A stretch of DNA of 64,000 nucleotides from Mytilus californianus (GCF_021869535.1 NW_026262669.1:7688001-7752000); one strand, 5' to 3'; shown: positions 37,725-51,946, counted from the first letter of the stretch. Notes: generated by a model from the sequence alone, not told the origin. A program made the numbers and translations.

Positions 37725-40700
37725 TCAAAGCCAAGTATTTGAAAGCCAATGATAATTACGAACAGAAACAGTTGATGAGCTATATCACCAAAAATGAACT
37801 ACATAAAAAAAAAGAAAATAAAAACATAGCCAAATCCATCTAAGGGAAACTCTGCCTCAGTTAGTTGAAACCTTAGTTTCTTTTGATTTCAAAATTTATT
37901 AACGAACACTTTACGAAAAGTTTGTTATAAATGATGTCAGTATCAAAATGCGGACTATTGAGCTGATGATACTCTCGAGTACTAATAGTCCTCTGACGTC
38001 ATACAACAATGGGTGTTTCAAATGGTTGTCGATGTTGCATCAAAACAATCGAGAATTAGTAGAAAAAGGAAATGTTTTTTTCGTTTTCTTCTTCATTTCC
38101 ATGTAAAAGTCCATGGTCAATGTAATAAAAGGAATAAATAATCCAAGAATTTAAATAGTTATTTTATCATTCTTGAAAACGTAAAAAGATAATGCATGTT
38201 GACTTTTATGTTTTCCCTTTTGGTCAAGATGTAACAATGCATTATTTGATTAATGTGTTTGTATTTCGCCCTTGATGTTCTTTTTTTAGAAGGATTTTTT
38301 CCCCTAGAAAACTTACATTTGGTACTGCAAATACTCCTGCATCGACAATTAATAATATATACGGTCATTTTCAAAAGCAAAAAAACGTTTTACTACATCC
38401 AGGTACAGATGGGATCATTAAGATTTAGAGCGATCTTTTAGAATATTTGGTTTCCGGATAAAATAAGTAGATGTGTTATGATATCCAATGAACCATCTAC
38501 CCACAAGATTTTAAATTAAGCAGATGCAAATGTTCTTCAAGGTTCTTATTGATTTGGTCTTGAAAAGAAGGTTACTCGTGATTCTTGTGTAAACGGGATA
38601 CTCGTTTTTTTGTACAAATATAAAGGGATGGTTTATTTGATTAGCTTTTTTATAGCATTGCGTTCATTGCCTCTGACCAAATGTGTTCTTCCCCATTTGA
38701 GTGATATATGTGTTTTGTTCTATAGTAATTCATGAATGCAAATTGCGACAACAATAAAATCCAAATTATAATTAATACACAATAATGAATGCGTTTGTTT
38801 AATTTGTTGTACTATATCAAAAAATCGAATACTATCGTGATAAAAATAGGTAATCGTGTATTATTAAAGATCTACATAATAGTAAATCTACATTCGGTAA
38901 CTTTGACAAAAAATATGTTAAACTTGTTGATTAAATTTCAGAAGACAATCCTTTTATTGATACTATCGAATACAATTAAATATCCTAAATTATGCAAATA
39001 AAAGTAATTCGTATAATCACACTCAAAAGTTCCTATAGGGTGAAACATACAATGCAATATCCAATTATATGATCAATTAAGACGTTTCTAAGATCATCTC
39101 ATAAGATGGTTTAAGGTGGGAAGGTAATGGTGACCATTGTGAAGGTCTGGATTTACCTTCATTAGAACTCTCAAACTTAAACAATTGAAAGCCAATGATG
39201 TATTAGTACTTGAACTCGTGACGAGCTATTTGTCCAATAGCTAGGGACGTATGAGGAATAGCCAAATATGTCTATGTCAACTTTTCCCTGGGGAGTTCAA
39301 CTATTGGTTCCTTTATATTTTAAAAATATCAAAATAGGAATTCCTAAAAGGTCCATGTATGTGAAAAAGCAGTAAGTACTGAGGCACTGGTTACTAACCA
39401 ATGACACCCTCCGGAACTAGCAGTCCACTATAAGCTGTAACGACCCAGTAAACATAAACAAGTTTTGTGTATACTTGATGATTAAGGAGACATAATTTAA
39501 CTCTTTTTTTCGACTATTCTGGTGGTTGTTGCATTTATACATTCATGTTGATTTCTCATTGAAAGGTATCAAATATCTTAAAACAACAAAATAACCATAT
39601 GAAAAACTACATGAGTTCATCCCTAATGGGCGTGTGTTGCTCTTTCACGGGAGTTTTGTTCTGTCTTATTTTAACTGCGGATTTTTGTTTAACTGCTTGC
39701 TTTGCTTATGGTGGTGCATGGCGTTCTTCAATCTATGTGGTGGTCTTTTCACTAGAAAGCTTCAATATTATTCGTTGTCTGCATGGTTCATCCTCACAAA
39801 TACCGACACGCCGCTCGCAGAATATGAAATATTAACTACATTGTACAGATTATGATTTTAAACGTCATCAAAACTACTTTGTTTGTATAATCTTTTAAAA
39901 AGAATAAGGTAGAACCGCTTCTGTCAGAAACTGTTATTTTTTTTTCAGACGAACTGTTCTACTCGTTGTTCTATAACAGTTCTCCTGACATTTCCCGCGC
40001 AGATTTTGAGAGAGGTTTGACCTGAGACCAACACTAAATCCATATTTACAAAAGGAACCGAAACAAGAATGCTATGTTTGAACTTAATCACCATTGTACA
40101 CATATGCTTGAACTACATTTGTATTCACATATGAGCAACAGCCTTGCAAAAATAAACTTTACTCACTAAAACATATTTTACAAGATATCTGTCTGTGTTT
40201 ATTGCTTACAACCGTATGTTGACCTCCAGGTTTGTGGTTATATGTGAATATCTGTGTATTGTTGTTGATGTTGGGCTTACACGTATCACATATCTAATGA
40301 TTTCATATCGACACTACCAAAGCTAACATTAAACTTTACGTTGTCCACCTTTTTTTAAAACAAGTTAGAGAATTAGATAAAAAATGGTTTTGAGTTATCT
40401 CCAATTGAATACTTTACTACTATAGCATCAACACTGATATAATTTTAGTGAATGATATACGAAAAGTGGAACAATTGAATCTTTCTCTCTGTTATGCTTG
40501 TGATTTGTTATTTATTACTTGCAGAAGGAGATATTTCTCATATCACACTGCACGGAGTGTTAAAAGAAAAAAAAAACAGTGATACGAAAAATGGTTTAAT
40601 TTGATTTAATTATCCAGCATGATGAGATGATAATACAACATTTTTATTTTTCTATTTATTAGTTCATTGATGAAGTTTAAAAAGATGTGCAGTTATTCAA

Positions 40701-42491
40701 TAGCAACGGACATATGTGATTTCTTCAATAATATACAAAATAATTACAATTTGCAACTGAAAATCATCTTTTTCTCAAATTCTATAAAATGTTGAAGCGA
40801 GCACAAAGTTTTAAAAATGTCTGCTGTTTTTGTTTGATACCGGAACAGGACATATGACGTCATGCTGGTATGTGCAAAAGTCTAGATCAACTTAGATTTT
40901 TTTACTTAACACAATGAGAGTTGTAACCATAAGAAATATAGGTATAACAACTTTTGATAATTGGATATCGCTTAACTCGGAAACAAACTTGTTATGAAAC
41001 CTTTAGATATTGAGTATACTAGTATTTCAAAGGTAAAATGAGTGAACATCGTTTTAATATCGAAATGTGTTTTAATGTAAAGAGTCATATCTACGCAATT
41101 TAAAATAGAAACACAACATTTGAACATAGGTTAGCTACTCTTTGGTTTCTTGTGGATATTGTTTCGTTGACAATCATACCATATCTCTTTATTTTATATT
41201 ATGTTGCTGCTTATTTATCAAACCCTTATGTATGATTCTTTGAAAGAAAACAGCATAATTAACAGCAAAACCGGCTAACGTTTACCTTAAATGAATGTAA
41301 CTAGTCTTTTTAAGAACGTTTTGATAATTTCGCTCCTAACGTGTAAATTCATTCCTTGATAGCTTCAATAAATTTATGACCTACGACCGAGACATAAAAT
41401 ATCGAGAGGTAAAAATAATATTGATGAATATTATGTCCTCCACATATTATCAAAGGTGAATACGATTCATGATCGTTTGCATATGTCATTGTATGCTAAA
41501 ATTTATTTATTTATTCACATAGTTTATACATGTTATATTCCTCATTTGATCCTACTAATGAATAAAGTAGGTGTTGCTTGTTTGTTTGTTTTTTTTTTGT
41601 TATCTTTTAATTTAAAGCGTCTTTTGCCAAAAAAAAGTAAAATATTATGTAACTCATTGTTTGAATCATATATTATCCACTGTATTTTATATCTATTGTA
41701 TTATCCTTTAAAATAAATGATTAACGCACACTTTAAAAAAGTCAGCAATACATATTATCAAAAAAGACGTTGTTACGAAAGTAAAACAAACACACACACT
41801 TAAACCCAAATACAATGAATTCTAAAGCTTGGTTGTATTATAAATCAGGTCGTTATTTTGTTTTTATTTCATTTTATCATATTGTGACCTTTTATATCAT
41901 ATTTTACGATTTTGCGATGGCTACATGGTTACATGTTATTGTCAAAATCTTTGTCCTTTGGTCTTTGGATATTTATCTCATTAGCAATCATAAGACATCT
42001 ATTTGTTTTTATATCGCAATGCTTTGCAAAAAATGATACATACTTATAAAACTGCAAAGTGTACAATGTTAGCTGTGAAAATGAAATAGGATTGTGTAAA
42101 TACCTTAATAGATATGGTGTTACGAAACAATAAACTGTACAAGTACTTGTGATTTGTTTACTGAAGTTATATTGTACTTACAGGTGTAACTTGCACTTAA
42201 ACAACTAAATAATAATCAATGGGGTTAAAAATTGAAATTGATTATAAAACCACAAACTTCCCAATCAAGAAATAATGCTTATATTTACAAAATCTGACTG
42301 AATATTTTTTCCAACTGTAAATCAAATTTGCATATCATGATATGTTAAGAAATGTCACGTTAGCAAAATCTAAATTGTTTGGATAAAAACATTGAAAAAT
42401 TATCGTCTTACAACTAAATACTGATCTATCGTAATGCTACCATCCATTCTAAAGTACACGTAAGAATGTCAGTCTGAAACAGGACCTAATA

Positions 42492-42697
42492 CTGTAAATT
42501 CAGAAATTATTGCGAGGTTTTTATTATTGCGACAAATGCGACAGAGTTGTAAACGCAATAATTTAAACTCGCATTTTGAAATATTTTATATGAACTAAAC
42601 AGGATTTTTCTCAAAATCGTAAAAATTAAAATCGCATTTAAGTCTAAAATGACAAAATCGCAATAATAAATGCACGCAATAATTTCTGAATTTACAG
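42492..42697. mobile_element. MITE with 23-bp TIRs and TA target duplication
   Basis: TA|CTGTAAATTCAGAAATTATTGCG ... CGCAATAATTTCTGAATTTACAG|TA. Confidence 0.85.
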
Positions 42698-45382
42698 TAA
42701 TGCAGATCATTTACAATCTCTTGGCATATTGGACGTGTGAAATAAGTATTCCAAAATTCTCAATCTCATTTATTTCAATCTTTATTTCAGTGTTGCAAAA
42801 CCAAATTTCTTTAAAATAGATTTCTATCGTACAGCAGTAAAACACTTACATATGTCAACCGAGGAACATACTCTTTGGATGTTAAAGATTTATTTCTAAA
42901 ATAAGTCAAACCTCTCTTTTAGAATTTCCTTTCAATCGTTTGCCTCACAAACCATGAATATGTTTTAATAACATTAATGGTACCAATCTGTATGCACCAG
43001 ATGCACATTTCTCATCTAAAAGTTTCCAACATGCGTTACGCAATAGCATTTAAACAATTCCTTAGATGTTTAGCTGTTTATATCTTTTTTTTTAGTTTGC
43101 TGTACAAATGACATTCGATCTATTACAAGTTTAGATAAAAATTCAAATTTGTTCATACCTTTTTTTATCTTGTAATAGCACATGCTGAAAATAACTTAGT
43201 TTATGAAAAATATTTAATGTAAAGAATGAGAACTAATCACTTTTTCAGATCAATTTATTTATAGATTAAAACATCATATATATTTACATATATAACTACA
43301 ATCGTAGTGCAATGCCTTGTTATTATATCTAATGGAATTGTTACGATAAACAAATATCGTGAACAAGCACTTACATGGGTTCGAATTATTGAGTTTCATC
43401 AACAATTGAGGCGGATCATCAATTTTCCACAATCAATAAATTAATAAAAACATCAATAATGGTGTTCGTATAATTTTTTTGTTTTTTTTTTCAATTAAAT
43501 GTTCCTCTACTTGAGTAAATACTTCGTAATGAAATGATTTAATACATTATATTACTAGACCAATAGTGTTTACGAATTATGGACAAATCTTAATGACCAG
43601 TCTATTTAAGTCCTATCAATATGTCTTTATAAATTTTAATAGGCATTAGATAACGTATGGCATACGTCAGGACTGTTTGATTCATTGTGCTTTCTTGATA
43701 TAACTTTAAAGGAAATTCATATTGTTCTGAAAATAAAACAGATAAGAGAAACAAATAAAACAGCACGGAGTACTGTTATTGTGTAAATGCCTTCAATGAT
43801 TTTCAACTCATTGATCAAAGAAGGTTCATTATAGGCGATTTTTTTGAAAAGAATCTGGAAACATTCTCATTGGATATGATTGTAGACTATCAAATTACTT
43901 TTAAAAAAAATTTAATAAGGAATATTTAAAAAGCTGTTTTAATCTGAATAACAATAATACAAACTTGTATTATCTCACCAAGATAACTACATAGTAAAAA
44001 ACTTGCTAAATCACAATTTATTAGAAAAATATCGAGATATTTCAGAATGAAAAATAAACAAGCATGTAAATGCCGCCATTTAGGATAACACCTAGCGTTA
44101 CAAAAATATACACAGGTTCTATAAAGATCCATTTCAGATACCACGTCAGGAATGTGACAGTTGTTTTTCATTCGTGTGATGTGTTTGAGCTTTTCATTTT
44201 GCCATTTGATGAATTTTCCTTGGAATCTGCCACATTTGTGTTGTATTTTGGGACACTTGTAGTTGTACATGTATGTGGTAACAATTATTTAGTCTTCTTT
44301 GAAAGACTTGTTTTATTCACCACATATGGGGTTTTTTTATACGAAAAGTGCGTCTAGCGAAACAAATGTTATACATGGTATCTCTGATTTTGTTTTTTAT
44401 AAAATATGAATTTACATTTTATATATGTGTGAACTAAACTAAGAGTTCTGATATTATTTGAAATCAGAAATGACAATGACTTGTTAATATCTATCGAAAT
44501 TTCAACCATTGAACAGTTTGTTTAACTTAATCATTTCGACGTTATATAACAATAACACGGAAAAAAAAATATCTTCTTTGATTTAAATTATTACATTCAA
44601 GTTTTCCATTATGAACATGATGAAAGTAATGCTTTTATCTAATCGGTGTTGAATCATCACCGCAATAGATTAAACACCTGTCATTGTTTTCCTCAAAACT
44701 GTTTTTTTGTCTTTCTTTCTTCAATTTAATATAATAAGAGAGAGGCGAAAGATTTCAAATAAAGGCAACAGTAGTATACCGTTGTTCAAAAGTCATACAT
44801 CGATTGAGAGAAAAACAAATCCGGGTTACAAACTAAAACCGACGGAAACACATCAACTATATATAAAAGGAAAACAACGAAATAACAGAACACAGAAGTT
44901 CAACAAAAAACAAACAACAATGCAACATTCATAGAAACGAACTATTAAATAACAACTGCCATATTCCTGACTTGGTACAGGACATTTTAAGAACAAATGG
45001 TGAGTTGAACCTGGTTTTAGGGCTAGCCAAACCTCCGCGCTTTTTAGCATTGTTAAATATACCGCTAAAATGACAAAATTACATGACAGGAACAGAGTAC
45101 AAATAAATGCAAAAACACCAAAGACAGAGAAATACATAAATAAATAATATAATAGTACATTTCGAAATGTTAACCACAGAATAACAACGAATAACTAAAA
45201 TAATTTAGGACAGTACACAAACACAGCTTAATAGAATTACGAAGTGTGTGTCTGTAACACGAATGGATCAACGCCACAAAAAGTAATGTCGCAGGTAAAT
45301 TTCTAAAAATTGGATATAAATCAACATAAGGTTTGTAATTATGTTATTTGATGTATTTTATAACAATTACAAAAACATTAAT

Positions 45383-47321
45383 TTAGTTTAAACATATTTT
45401 ATTTGCTAAATATCAGCAAAATGGATGAGACACAAGTAAATCATACTTATGAAGTCTTCTCCATATTACAATACAAGTATATATACAATAATAACATTAT
45501 GAGCATGCATGTAAAGCTAACAAATTCATTAAATATTATACGAACTATAAATAAAAAAGAAAAAAAGAACAAGAAGAATGGAAAAGGAGGGGAAAAAAAA
45601 GAAGCAAATTATATTTTCTGTGATGTTGACTTAGGTTTGATGGTGATGATCATCCGTGCCGGTAGCAATAATATTTTATGAAGGTACTAGAAATCTGTTA
45701 GACCTTTTAATAAAATCTTGAACATGTTTGAAAATTAGGAGATTTTGTTCATTCGAAAGTTCAAGATCTCCGCAAGTTAATAGTTTAGTATCAATAATAA
45801 AGTTTTCAGTAAGCCAATTAAGATTGTTAAGTAAAATTTCTCTACATGTAGTGTATTTTGGGCAAACTAAAAGAAAATGATGAACATCCTCAATATCAGA
45901 CCCACACTGACACGAAGGATCCAGTATAATGTTAGCTTTGAAAAGGTCAGAGTTCAAAAATGAAGCGGAACATCGCAATTGAGTTAAAATAATATTCAGT
46001 TTCCTCGGACCGTACATATAATACGGCGCAACTCTACTCTGAACACTTTCATTTTTCAATTCTCTCTTAAATTTAGATATAGAGTCGGTGTTTCGAATTT
46101 TTAAGTCAAGCTTATTCCATTCTCGTATTGTGGATGGAATAAAAGATTCAGTGGTAAGGGAAAGTCTACAAAATGGAACAATGATATTTTGACCGTTTCG
46201 CAACGGATAGTTGGTTGTACTTTGTATACATGGGGGGACAAGATTACACAGGTACTGAGGTGCATGTTTTTTATTTATATTATAAAACATCTGTAATTTT
46301 CTTCTTCTTCGTCTTTCATATAAAGATTCCCAGCCAACCTCAGAGTACAGAGTATCAGTTTTAGTGAAGATTGGTAGACCTGTTACAATTCTTGCGGCTT
46401 CCAATTGCAAATTTTCTAATTTATTTGAATAACATATCCCACAATTATCCCACACTTCCGTGGCATATTCAAAAATGGGTCTAATAAAAACTAGATAAAG
46501 TTTTTCTAAATTATTACGAGACAGTCGATATTTAAGTTTACGCAGAACATTAAGGTGTTTCTTTACACTTGTAATTATACTTTCAATATGATTGTTCCAT
46601 TTTGCGTCACAACTAAAGGTAACTCCCAGGTGCTTATGCGATGTATTTATAGGGATAGTTTTATCATTTAGGGAAAAGTTGAGCTCTGGTATCTCAATAT
46701 TTGAAAATATCATAATTTCTGTTTTATCAGGATTAAATGACATAAGCCATTTAGTTGACCAAACATCCAGCTCTTTCAGGTCGCGGTCGATCACAGATTT
46801 AATCTGTTCACCATCGCTACCGGAATAACTGAATGAAGTGTCGTCTGCAAATAGCCTACACAGCGATGTAAGCTTATCAGCAATATCATTAATATATAAA
46901 ACAAAGAGAAGAGGGCCCAAAACAGATCCCTGGGGTACACCTGCTGACACATTACAAAAGGAGGAGGACGAATTATTCAGTACTACTCTTTGTTTCCTGT
47001 CATGCAGATAATCTTCAAACCACTGTAATAAGGTTCCGTCAATACCATAGGCTTTTAGTTTGTGAATAAGACCTCTATGCCAAACTTTGTCAAACGCTTT
47101 AGAGAAATCACAGAATACAAAACAGTTTATTTCTTTTTTTTCCAAAGAGTTTAAGATGCAGTTGTATATTTCTAAAAGTTGATGGACGGTTGAATTTTGG
47201 GGAAGAAATCCGGATTGATATTCATAAATTAATTTGTTAGCGTGTAGATGATTATACAAGTGCTTAAAAACAACTCTTTCCATTACTTTTCCAACACAAC
47301 TAATAAGAGAAATTGGTCTGT
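45383..47321 (-). mobile_element. Young 5'-truncated CR1/L2-group LINE with 12-bp TSD
   Basis: TSD AAAAACATTAAT at 45371-45382 and 47322-47333; uninterrupted ORF2 remnant; 3' UTR 45383-45675 ending AATAAAATATGTTTAAACTAA on the minus strand. Confidence 0.9.
45676..47283 (-). CDS. LINE ORF2 remnant: reverse transcriptase plus C-terminal CCHC region
   Basis: The frame extends upstream as YRPISLISCVGKV. Motifs VFCDFSKAFDKVWH, GVPQGSVLGPLLFVLYINDI, LFADDT, KHLGV and CQCGSDIEDVHHFLLVC. Confidence 0.95.
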   Translation of the reverse strand: MERVVFKHLYNHLHANKLIYEYQSGFLPQNSTVHQLLEIYNCILNSLEKKEINCFVFCDFSKAFDKVWHRGLIHKLKAYGIDGTLLQWFEDYLHDRKQRVVLNNSSSSFCNVSAGVPQGSVLGPLLFVLYINDIADKLTSLCRLFADDTSFSYSGSDGEQIKSVIDRDLKELDVWSTKWLMSFNPDKTEIMIFSNIEIPELNFSLNDKTIPINTSHKHLGVTFSCDAKWNNHIESIITSVKKHLNVLRKLKYRLSRNNLEKLYLVFIRPIFEYATEVWDNCGICYSNKLENLQLEAARIVTGLPIFTKTDTLYSEVGWESLYERRRRRKLQMFYNINKKHAPQYLCNLVPPCIQSTTNYPLRNGQNIIVPFCRLSLTTESFIPSTIREWNKLDLKIRNTDSISKFKRELKNESVQSRVAPYYMYGPRKLNIILTQLRCSASFLNSDLFKANIILDPSCQCGSDIEDVHHFLLVCPKYTTCREILLNNLNWLTENFIIDTKLLTCGDLELSNEQNLLIFKHVQDFIKRSNRFLVPS

Positions 47322-50300
47322 AAAAACATTAATATAAGGGACATTCAAGCTTATAAGTCGAAAATAAACTGATAACGCCATTACTAAAATAAAAAAGATC
47401 AAATGTCACGAACAATTTAGAGGTCTTTGCTTTTCATATCGTAAAATATACATTCAATTTTATTCAAGGTACATTAATAAGCTATAAAATCATGTAATAC
47501 CCGTAAAATAACAATTGAAACTATAAACACATGTTATACAAACGGGAAGTTTGGCCAGATATAAAACCAGGTTAAGCCCGTTGTTTTCTTCGTAAAATGT
47601 CTGTTCCAAGTCAGGAATATGACAGCTGGTTTCCACTCATTCCGTTGGTTTATAACGTTTTTATCAAGTTTTTATGTACTTTCCCTTTTTGAATTAACCT
47701 TGGATTTCGATATTTTCGTGTTAATTTTTATACAAAGTCCATTGTCTAGGACGTTATTTATACCTTTTACCTTATGCGTTTTATAACCATTACCAAGGTG
47801 TCTTTCAATCTTTCCGGTCAGATGTAACAAAGAACCAGGTTACGTTCCTGAGCAAGTCCCACTCTACGGCCTTAGACATCATGTTATGCTCATGGTGTAT
47901 AAGGTCAAAGTTCTAGGTAAACAAAAACAAATTGACCTTGAGGTTTTATCAAGGTGACATGAATTGATGATCAATGATGAAGATCCTAGGTGTCTACGAC
48001 GTACGGTGTCTGAATTGCAGTATTCAAATGACATTGGTTAATTTTCAAAGGGGCATATTGAATTTTTTCGATCCAAATATATCGAAGTACCAGGGAAATT
48101 TCCTGAACAAAATCCACTATTTGTTTTTTGTCTCCCTTTTAGAATTACGATTTTTATCCAATAGCATTGTTTTGAGGTTTAGGGCAGATAACTCCAGACC
48201 GACAGTGATATTTCGGTTACAGAGGCAAATGTTATCAAGGTTTGACCGAAGAATAATAATTATTATCTGAAAAAATACAATTAGGTCTTTCCTTTTTGGA
48301 AAAACTACTTGATTGGATATAACATCTCGCGAGCAAATCAAATGAGTCAAATCCTTACAACTAATTTTTATAATTTGTTTTTAAGTTTTGGTGTCCAAAT
48401 GATATAAATGGAAACGAGTATAGGTCACTGTACATTTTCCATCCATTTAACCATACTTGAACAAAGCAAGAAAAAATATCCATGACAATGAATTTTAGAA
48501 ATATTTTCAAAGTTTTATGTTACAACATGTACTTTTTTCTATATAATCGTTCTACCTCGTAATTGATGTATGTTATTCAGAAAACACATGTGGTGGCCGC
48601 TGAAATCAATCATATTGGTTTATACTACTTGGGTTATGGGTAACTAAGTATTAACTCTTAAATAAAAGAAAAAGATAAAGATGAACGTGGTACAGAGAAA
48701 CGCAGGTGAAAACCCGAGTACCTGTTACCCAGAACACATATATTTGACTGTTCATAAGCAAGATACCAAAACAACAAGAGTTGTTATGGCTATATGCAGG
48801 GTCATACAAAAGGGGACACTATATATTTCAACCAAGTGACTCTAATTGACTTTTAAACCGTATTATACATGATCAATAATTACATTCATACGTATACCAA
48901 ATCACTCTGACCAATATTGAAGGTTTGGATGCATGGTTAAAGAAAATTATGCAATTGCGCTCAATTTTCATACTAGTAGCTGCTGTGAAATAATTGCACA
49001 ACACAAAGCTAAAGAAACATTCAAAAGTGTCAAGTAATAAGTTGCTAATGGTGATCCTTTTAACAAGTCAGAAAAACTGAAAATCTGATTTTAGTTCACT
49101 ATGTTTGGCAGCTAATAACAAACAGTTCAGAGGGTATACAAAAGCTAAAAAACACATTAGTATAATTAAAACGGTTTAAATCATGACCAAGATAAAATTA
49201 AAAGCAAACAACGCCAATGACACATTCACATAGGAAGGGCCACACACAAATTTATATGTTTAGCAACCTCAACCTCAAAACAGTGATGATCCCCCTTTTT
49301 TACGGAAGACCCGTCATAAATGAGGACAATTGCAATGTCAAATGACAAATATTTTCGGTCATGTCTGAAATACATACCATAAACGTTTATTTTTAGCGCC
49401 GAGGAAGGTCGTCCTTATTATGCTAGATCATTAAAGATAAAATCAAAGTTAAGCTTTGTGTTAAGTAGCTTTCCTGAAGGCAGCACTCCTATGTCAAGGA
49501 AGTTAGGATTGTAAATAATATAAACGCAAGCCCTGGAATATCAAATCAACTTAAAATATACACGTCATATGCAAATGCATGTACATTTCCCACAAAGGCA
49601 CGGCAAATATAAACAATAGACGTAGGAGCAATTTAAGTGTTTACAATAAAAAGGAGTAGCAGGTAGATCGATATGTTCCAATATAGAAGATTCAATCATC
49701 CCCTTTTGATTTCATCAGTTCATGTAATAATTGTCTTCTTGCTAGTTCTGAAGTGACAGTATTTTATTTAACAGATCGATAATAAATATTGTGTACCATT
49801 ACAATTCAGAAATAGTTTGTAAAATTTATAATTTTAACAAGCCAATCAATAATAAGTCTTACAGTAAGTAAAACACCAATTGTCATTTTTTTTTCTTAGT
49901 TGTTATCTATTTTAGATGTTTGTTTAATAAATCAGTATAGAATCCCATTTTGTCTGTAGTGTAGCCAATGTTGTGGTAATTTGTGAGTTCAAACCAAATT
50001 GCCTTACTTTAAAATTGAGTTCCTATTGGCTTGATTCCAATATGAGAGTCATCTTATATTTATCGATGACGGTCCATTCCCGATACATGCAAAGCATGAG
50101 TTGTTTACCCTGTTCACACCTCCAGTCTCACTCGTTAAACTCTTTTTCTTTTTACATTGATTGATAACTTCTTGATGGGTGAATGAGATTTAAACATTCT
50201 TACTCGGAAAACTATTTTCCTATAATATCAAAATTGTCTTACAATCTGCTGATAATTCTTTAAAACAGTGCTCCTAACACCTTTAGTACAGTTTCTGTTC

Positions 50301-50791
50301 TATTCTCACACTACTTTAAACTGATATGTGCCAACAAGTGTTGGACAGTTTACTCTGAAAAAAAAGTCCGACAGTTCTTTCACTAAAACACTTCAAAAAA
50401 GATGAATTTCATTCTTCATTTTTGTTTTTTTTATTTATTTAAAACTCCTTTATTTATTTCAATTCGATCATTAATATTTCCAAAACGATATGATAAAATA
50501 TCGTTTTCAATTCGTTGTTATTATCTAAGTTTGATCATTTTTTTCAAATTATCATTATTTTCGTTATCAGTTTTTGGTTTACTTTTGCTTAAAAATTTGC
50601 ATGCTTTGTTGTTATTAGAGCATATTAAATCAATCACATAAAAAATAATATGGTCATTGTGTAATCTAAATATAGTACTTGTAATATCAAAGATAAAGGC
50701 AACAGTAGTTTACCGATGTTCAAATCTAATAATTCGATTCAAAAGTCAAATCTGGGTAACAAACGTACTGTAAGGGAAGCGCATGAACTTC

Positions 50792-51946
50792 GAAATAGGC
50801 GAGACCGGTGGCGTCTACTGGGTAAGCTTCTCCTGCTGTGCGTGCATCATCAGCCATGTGAAATAGGCGATACCGGTGGCGTCTACTGGGTAAGCTTGTT
50901 CTGCTGAGCGTGCATCATCAGCCATGTGAAATAGGCGATACCGGTGGCGTCTACTGGGTAAGCTTCTCCTGATGTGCGTGCATCATCAGCCATGTGAAAT
51001 AGGCGAGACCGGTTGCGTCTACTGGGTAAGCTTCTCCTGCTGTGCGATCATCATCAGCCATGTGAAATAGGCGAGACCGGTGGCGTCTACTGGGTAAGCT
51101 TCTCCTGCTGTGCGTGCATAATCAGCCATGTGAAATAGACGAGACCGGTGGCGTCTACTGGGTAAGCTTCTCCTGCTGTGCGATCATCATCAGCCATGTG
51201 AAATAGGCGAGACCGGTGGCGTCTACTGGGTAAGCTTCTCCTGCTGTGCGTGCATAATCAGCCATGTGAAATAGACGAGACCGGTGGCGTCTACTGAGTA
51301 AGCTTCTCCTGCTGTGCATGCATCATCAGCCATGTGAAATAGGCGAAACTGGTTGCGTCTACTGGGTAAACTTCTCCTGCTGTGCGTGCATTATTAGCCA
51401 CGTGAAATAGGCGAGACCGGTTGCTTCAACTTGGTAAGCTTCTCCTGCTGTGCGTGCATCATCAGCCATGTGAAATAAGCGAGACCGGGTGCGTCTACTG
51501 GGTAAGCTTGTCCTGCTGAGCGTGCATCATCAGCCATATGAAATAGGCGATACCGGTGGCGTCTACTGGATAAGCTTCTCCTGATGTGCGTGCGTCATCA
51601 GCAATGTGAAATAGGCGAGACCGGTGGCGTCTACTGGGTAAGCTTCTCCTGCTGTGCGATCATCATCAGCCATGTGAAATAGGCGAGACCGGTGGCGTCT
51701 ACTGGGTAAGCTTCTACTGCTGTGCGTGCATCATCAGCCATATGAAATAGGCGGGACCGGTTGCGTCTACTTGGTAAGCTTCTCCTGCTGTGCATCATCA
51801 GCCATGTGAAATAGGCGAGACCGGTTGCGTCTACTTGGTAAGCTTCTCCTGCTGTGCATGCATCATCAGCCATGTGAAATAGGCGAGACTGGTGGCGTCT
51901 ACTGGGTAAGCTTCTCCTGCTGTGGGTGCATCATCACCCATGTGAA
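50792..51946. repeat. GC-rich minisatellite, 68-bp unit, 17 copies
   Basis: Unit GTGAAATAGGCGAGACCGGTGGCGTCTACTGGGTAAGCTTCTCCTGCTGTGCGTGCATCATCAGCCAT; one unit is 4 bp shorter; copies are highly similar. Confidence 0.97.

Noticed and set aside
39599-39835. 78-aa hydrophobic Cys-containing ORF
   Set aside because: An overlapping frame is also open, there is no splice support, and I recognise no motif; cannot distinguish from chance.
43372-43430. Minus-strand segment KIDDPPQLLMKLNNSNP with a perfect GTAAGT donor
   Set aside because: No AG acceptor between the upstream in-frame stop and the segment, and its phase does not fit neighbouring candidates.
50792-51946. 68-bp array read as tandem 36-nt exons (CAG|CCATGT...TACTGG|GTAAGC encoding PCEIGETGGVYW) or as a CRISPR array
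   Set aside because: The implied introns are only 32 nt, too short for typical animal splicing. There are no unique spacers or cas genes, and the context is eukaryotic.
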